Assembly (NCBI GenBank): GCA_036918135.1
Contig: JBALDB010000027.1
Location: 1-64,000 of the forward strand
From: Nostoc sp.
GTDB taxonomy: Bacteria > Cyanobacteriota > Cyanobacteriia > Cyanobacteriales > Nostocaceae
Length of the DNA stretch: 64,000 nucleotides
Direction of reading: 5' to 3'
A model generated the notes under the pieces. That model did not search any database and was not told the origin of the DNA. It saw only the letters and a program-made list of their open reading frames with translations. The stretch's first letter is position 1; each line of letters starts with the position of its first letter. Positions 63,203 to 64,000 of this stretch are shown here, piece by piece. The translations under genes were made by a program, and so were the position numbers.

Positions 63203-63916
63203 CTAAGGATTAACGTTAATCCGCCCACGACACAGTAGTTTGCCTGGGATCAGCGTTAGTTCTTGAATATCAACATCTGAGCCAAGATCCAAATTGTACC
63301 CATGATTGTCTTGGAATAAATCTCTCTGGTCATCTTTGATTTGGATATCTGTCAGTTGCAATTCATGACCATTGAGTAACTGCAAGCCCAGACAGACCTT
63401 TACAGGTGTTGTTTCACTATTGGTGACTCTCAGACCAACGAGTATAATTCGGTTGTTATTAAGAATAATTTCTTGCCAATTAATGGGTTGTGTTTTTGGG
63501 CAATGTGTTGGTAAAACCTTAACCAGTAGATCGCTTAATGCAGTCGATAATAATTCAGATGAGAGAGAAGCATTGAGATCTTTCTCGTCTATGGTCAAAT
63601 CCCCAACAACTGGTACTATTTGTAACAGTCGCAAGGGCTGTCCCTTGAGTATTGACCCGATATTTATCTGAATATTTTCTGCTATTAATCGAATTTCTGT
63701 AATTAGGAGTCCTTGATAAACTGCATGAGTAGCAAAAATAGATACCGCAGGAATGCGTCCAGAGAGTATTTGCCGATCGCTGGCTTCGATCTCTACTTCT
63801 AGTTCAGATATCTGGCTGACTTGCGCTCTCAACCACAGCTTTAGTGCTGTTGTTAGTACTTGCGTAATTATTCGGATTTTGTTTACATTTGTTGTTTGGG
63901 AATTTTGCTCTGACAT
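63203..63916 (-). CDS. DUF2993/LmeA-like hypothetical protein
   Basis: LWLR.QV..., ILSG.IP.V...A..AVYQGL, G.PLRLL, DLNASL, DLG.DV.I. Confidence 0.75.
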   Translation of the reverse strand: MSEQNSQTTNVNKIRIITQVLTTALKLWLRAQVSQISELEVEIEASDRQILSGRIPAVSIFATHAVYQGLLITEIRLIAENIQINIGSILKGQPLRLLQIVPVVGDLTIDEKDLNASLSSELLSTALSDLLVKVLPTHCPKTQPINWQEIILNNNRIILVGLRVTNSETTPVKVCLGLQLLNGHELQLTDIQIKDDQRDLFQDNHGYNLDLGSDVDIQELTLIPGKLLCRGRINVNP

Positions 63917-64000
63917 CTAACTAATGAAGTTTATGAGTATTTGCTCAACAACCGACGAACTTAAAGTTTGCCTTAAATGTAACATTTATGCCTACTTACT

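Overview
A 64-kb chromosomal window from a filamentous cyanobacterium, most likely Nostocales: HIP1 GCGATCGC is abundant, heptamer STRR tracts are common, and cphBA, flv1/flv3 and XisH are present. It is mostly core genes: probable psbA 3' tip, recR, rplS-tRNA-Trp-secE-nusG-rplK-rplA-rplJ-rplL with L1/L10 leaders, HtrA protease, 6S RNA, RND efflux pair, rbp, flv3-flv1, coaX, argH, larB/cpmA, ispF, trmD, cphB-cphA, tatA, two Ser/Thr kinases, cbiT and cdsA. Accessory genes, pseudogene relics and many tiny repeats are interspersed. I see no CRISPR array, prophage, integrase, transposase or reverse transcriptase. Most notable: (1) an unknown-domain/TIR gene split by an in-frame TAA that also forms a Shine-Dalgarno site; (2) a probable ACG start for recR; (3) a 44-nt element nested fourfold within itself in the cphB leader, plus a self-nested 24-nt element between rplJ and rplL; (4) two related 21-bp-period arrays; (5) a FIST/histidine-kinase pair; (6) a 54-aa basic small protein with a near-consensus promoter. 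All family assignments come from motif recognition, not database searches.
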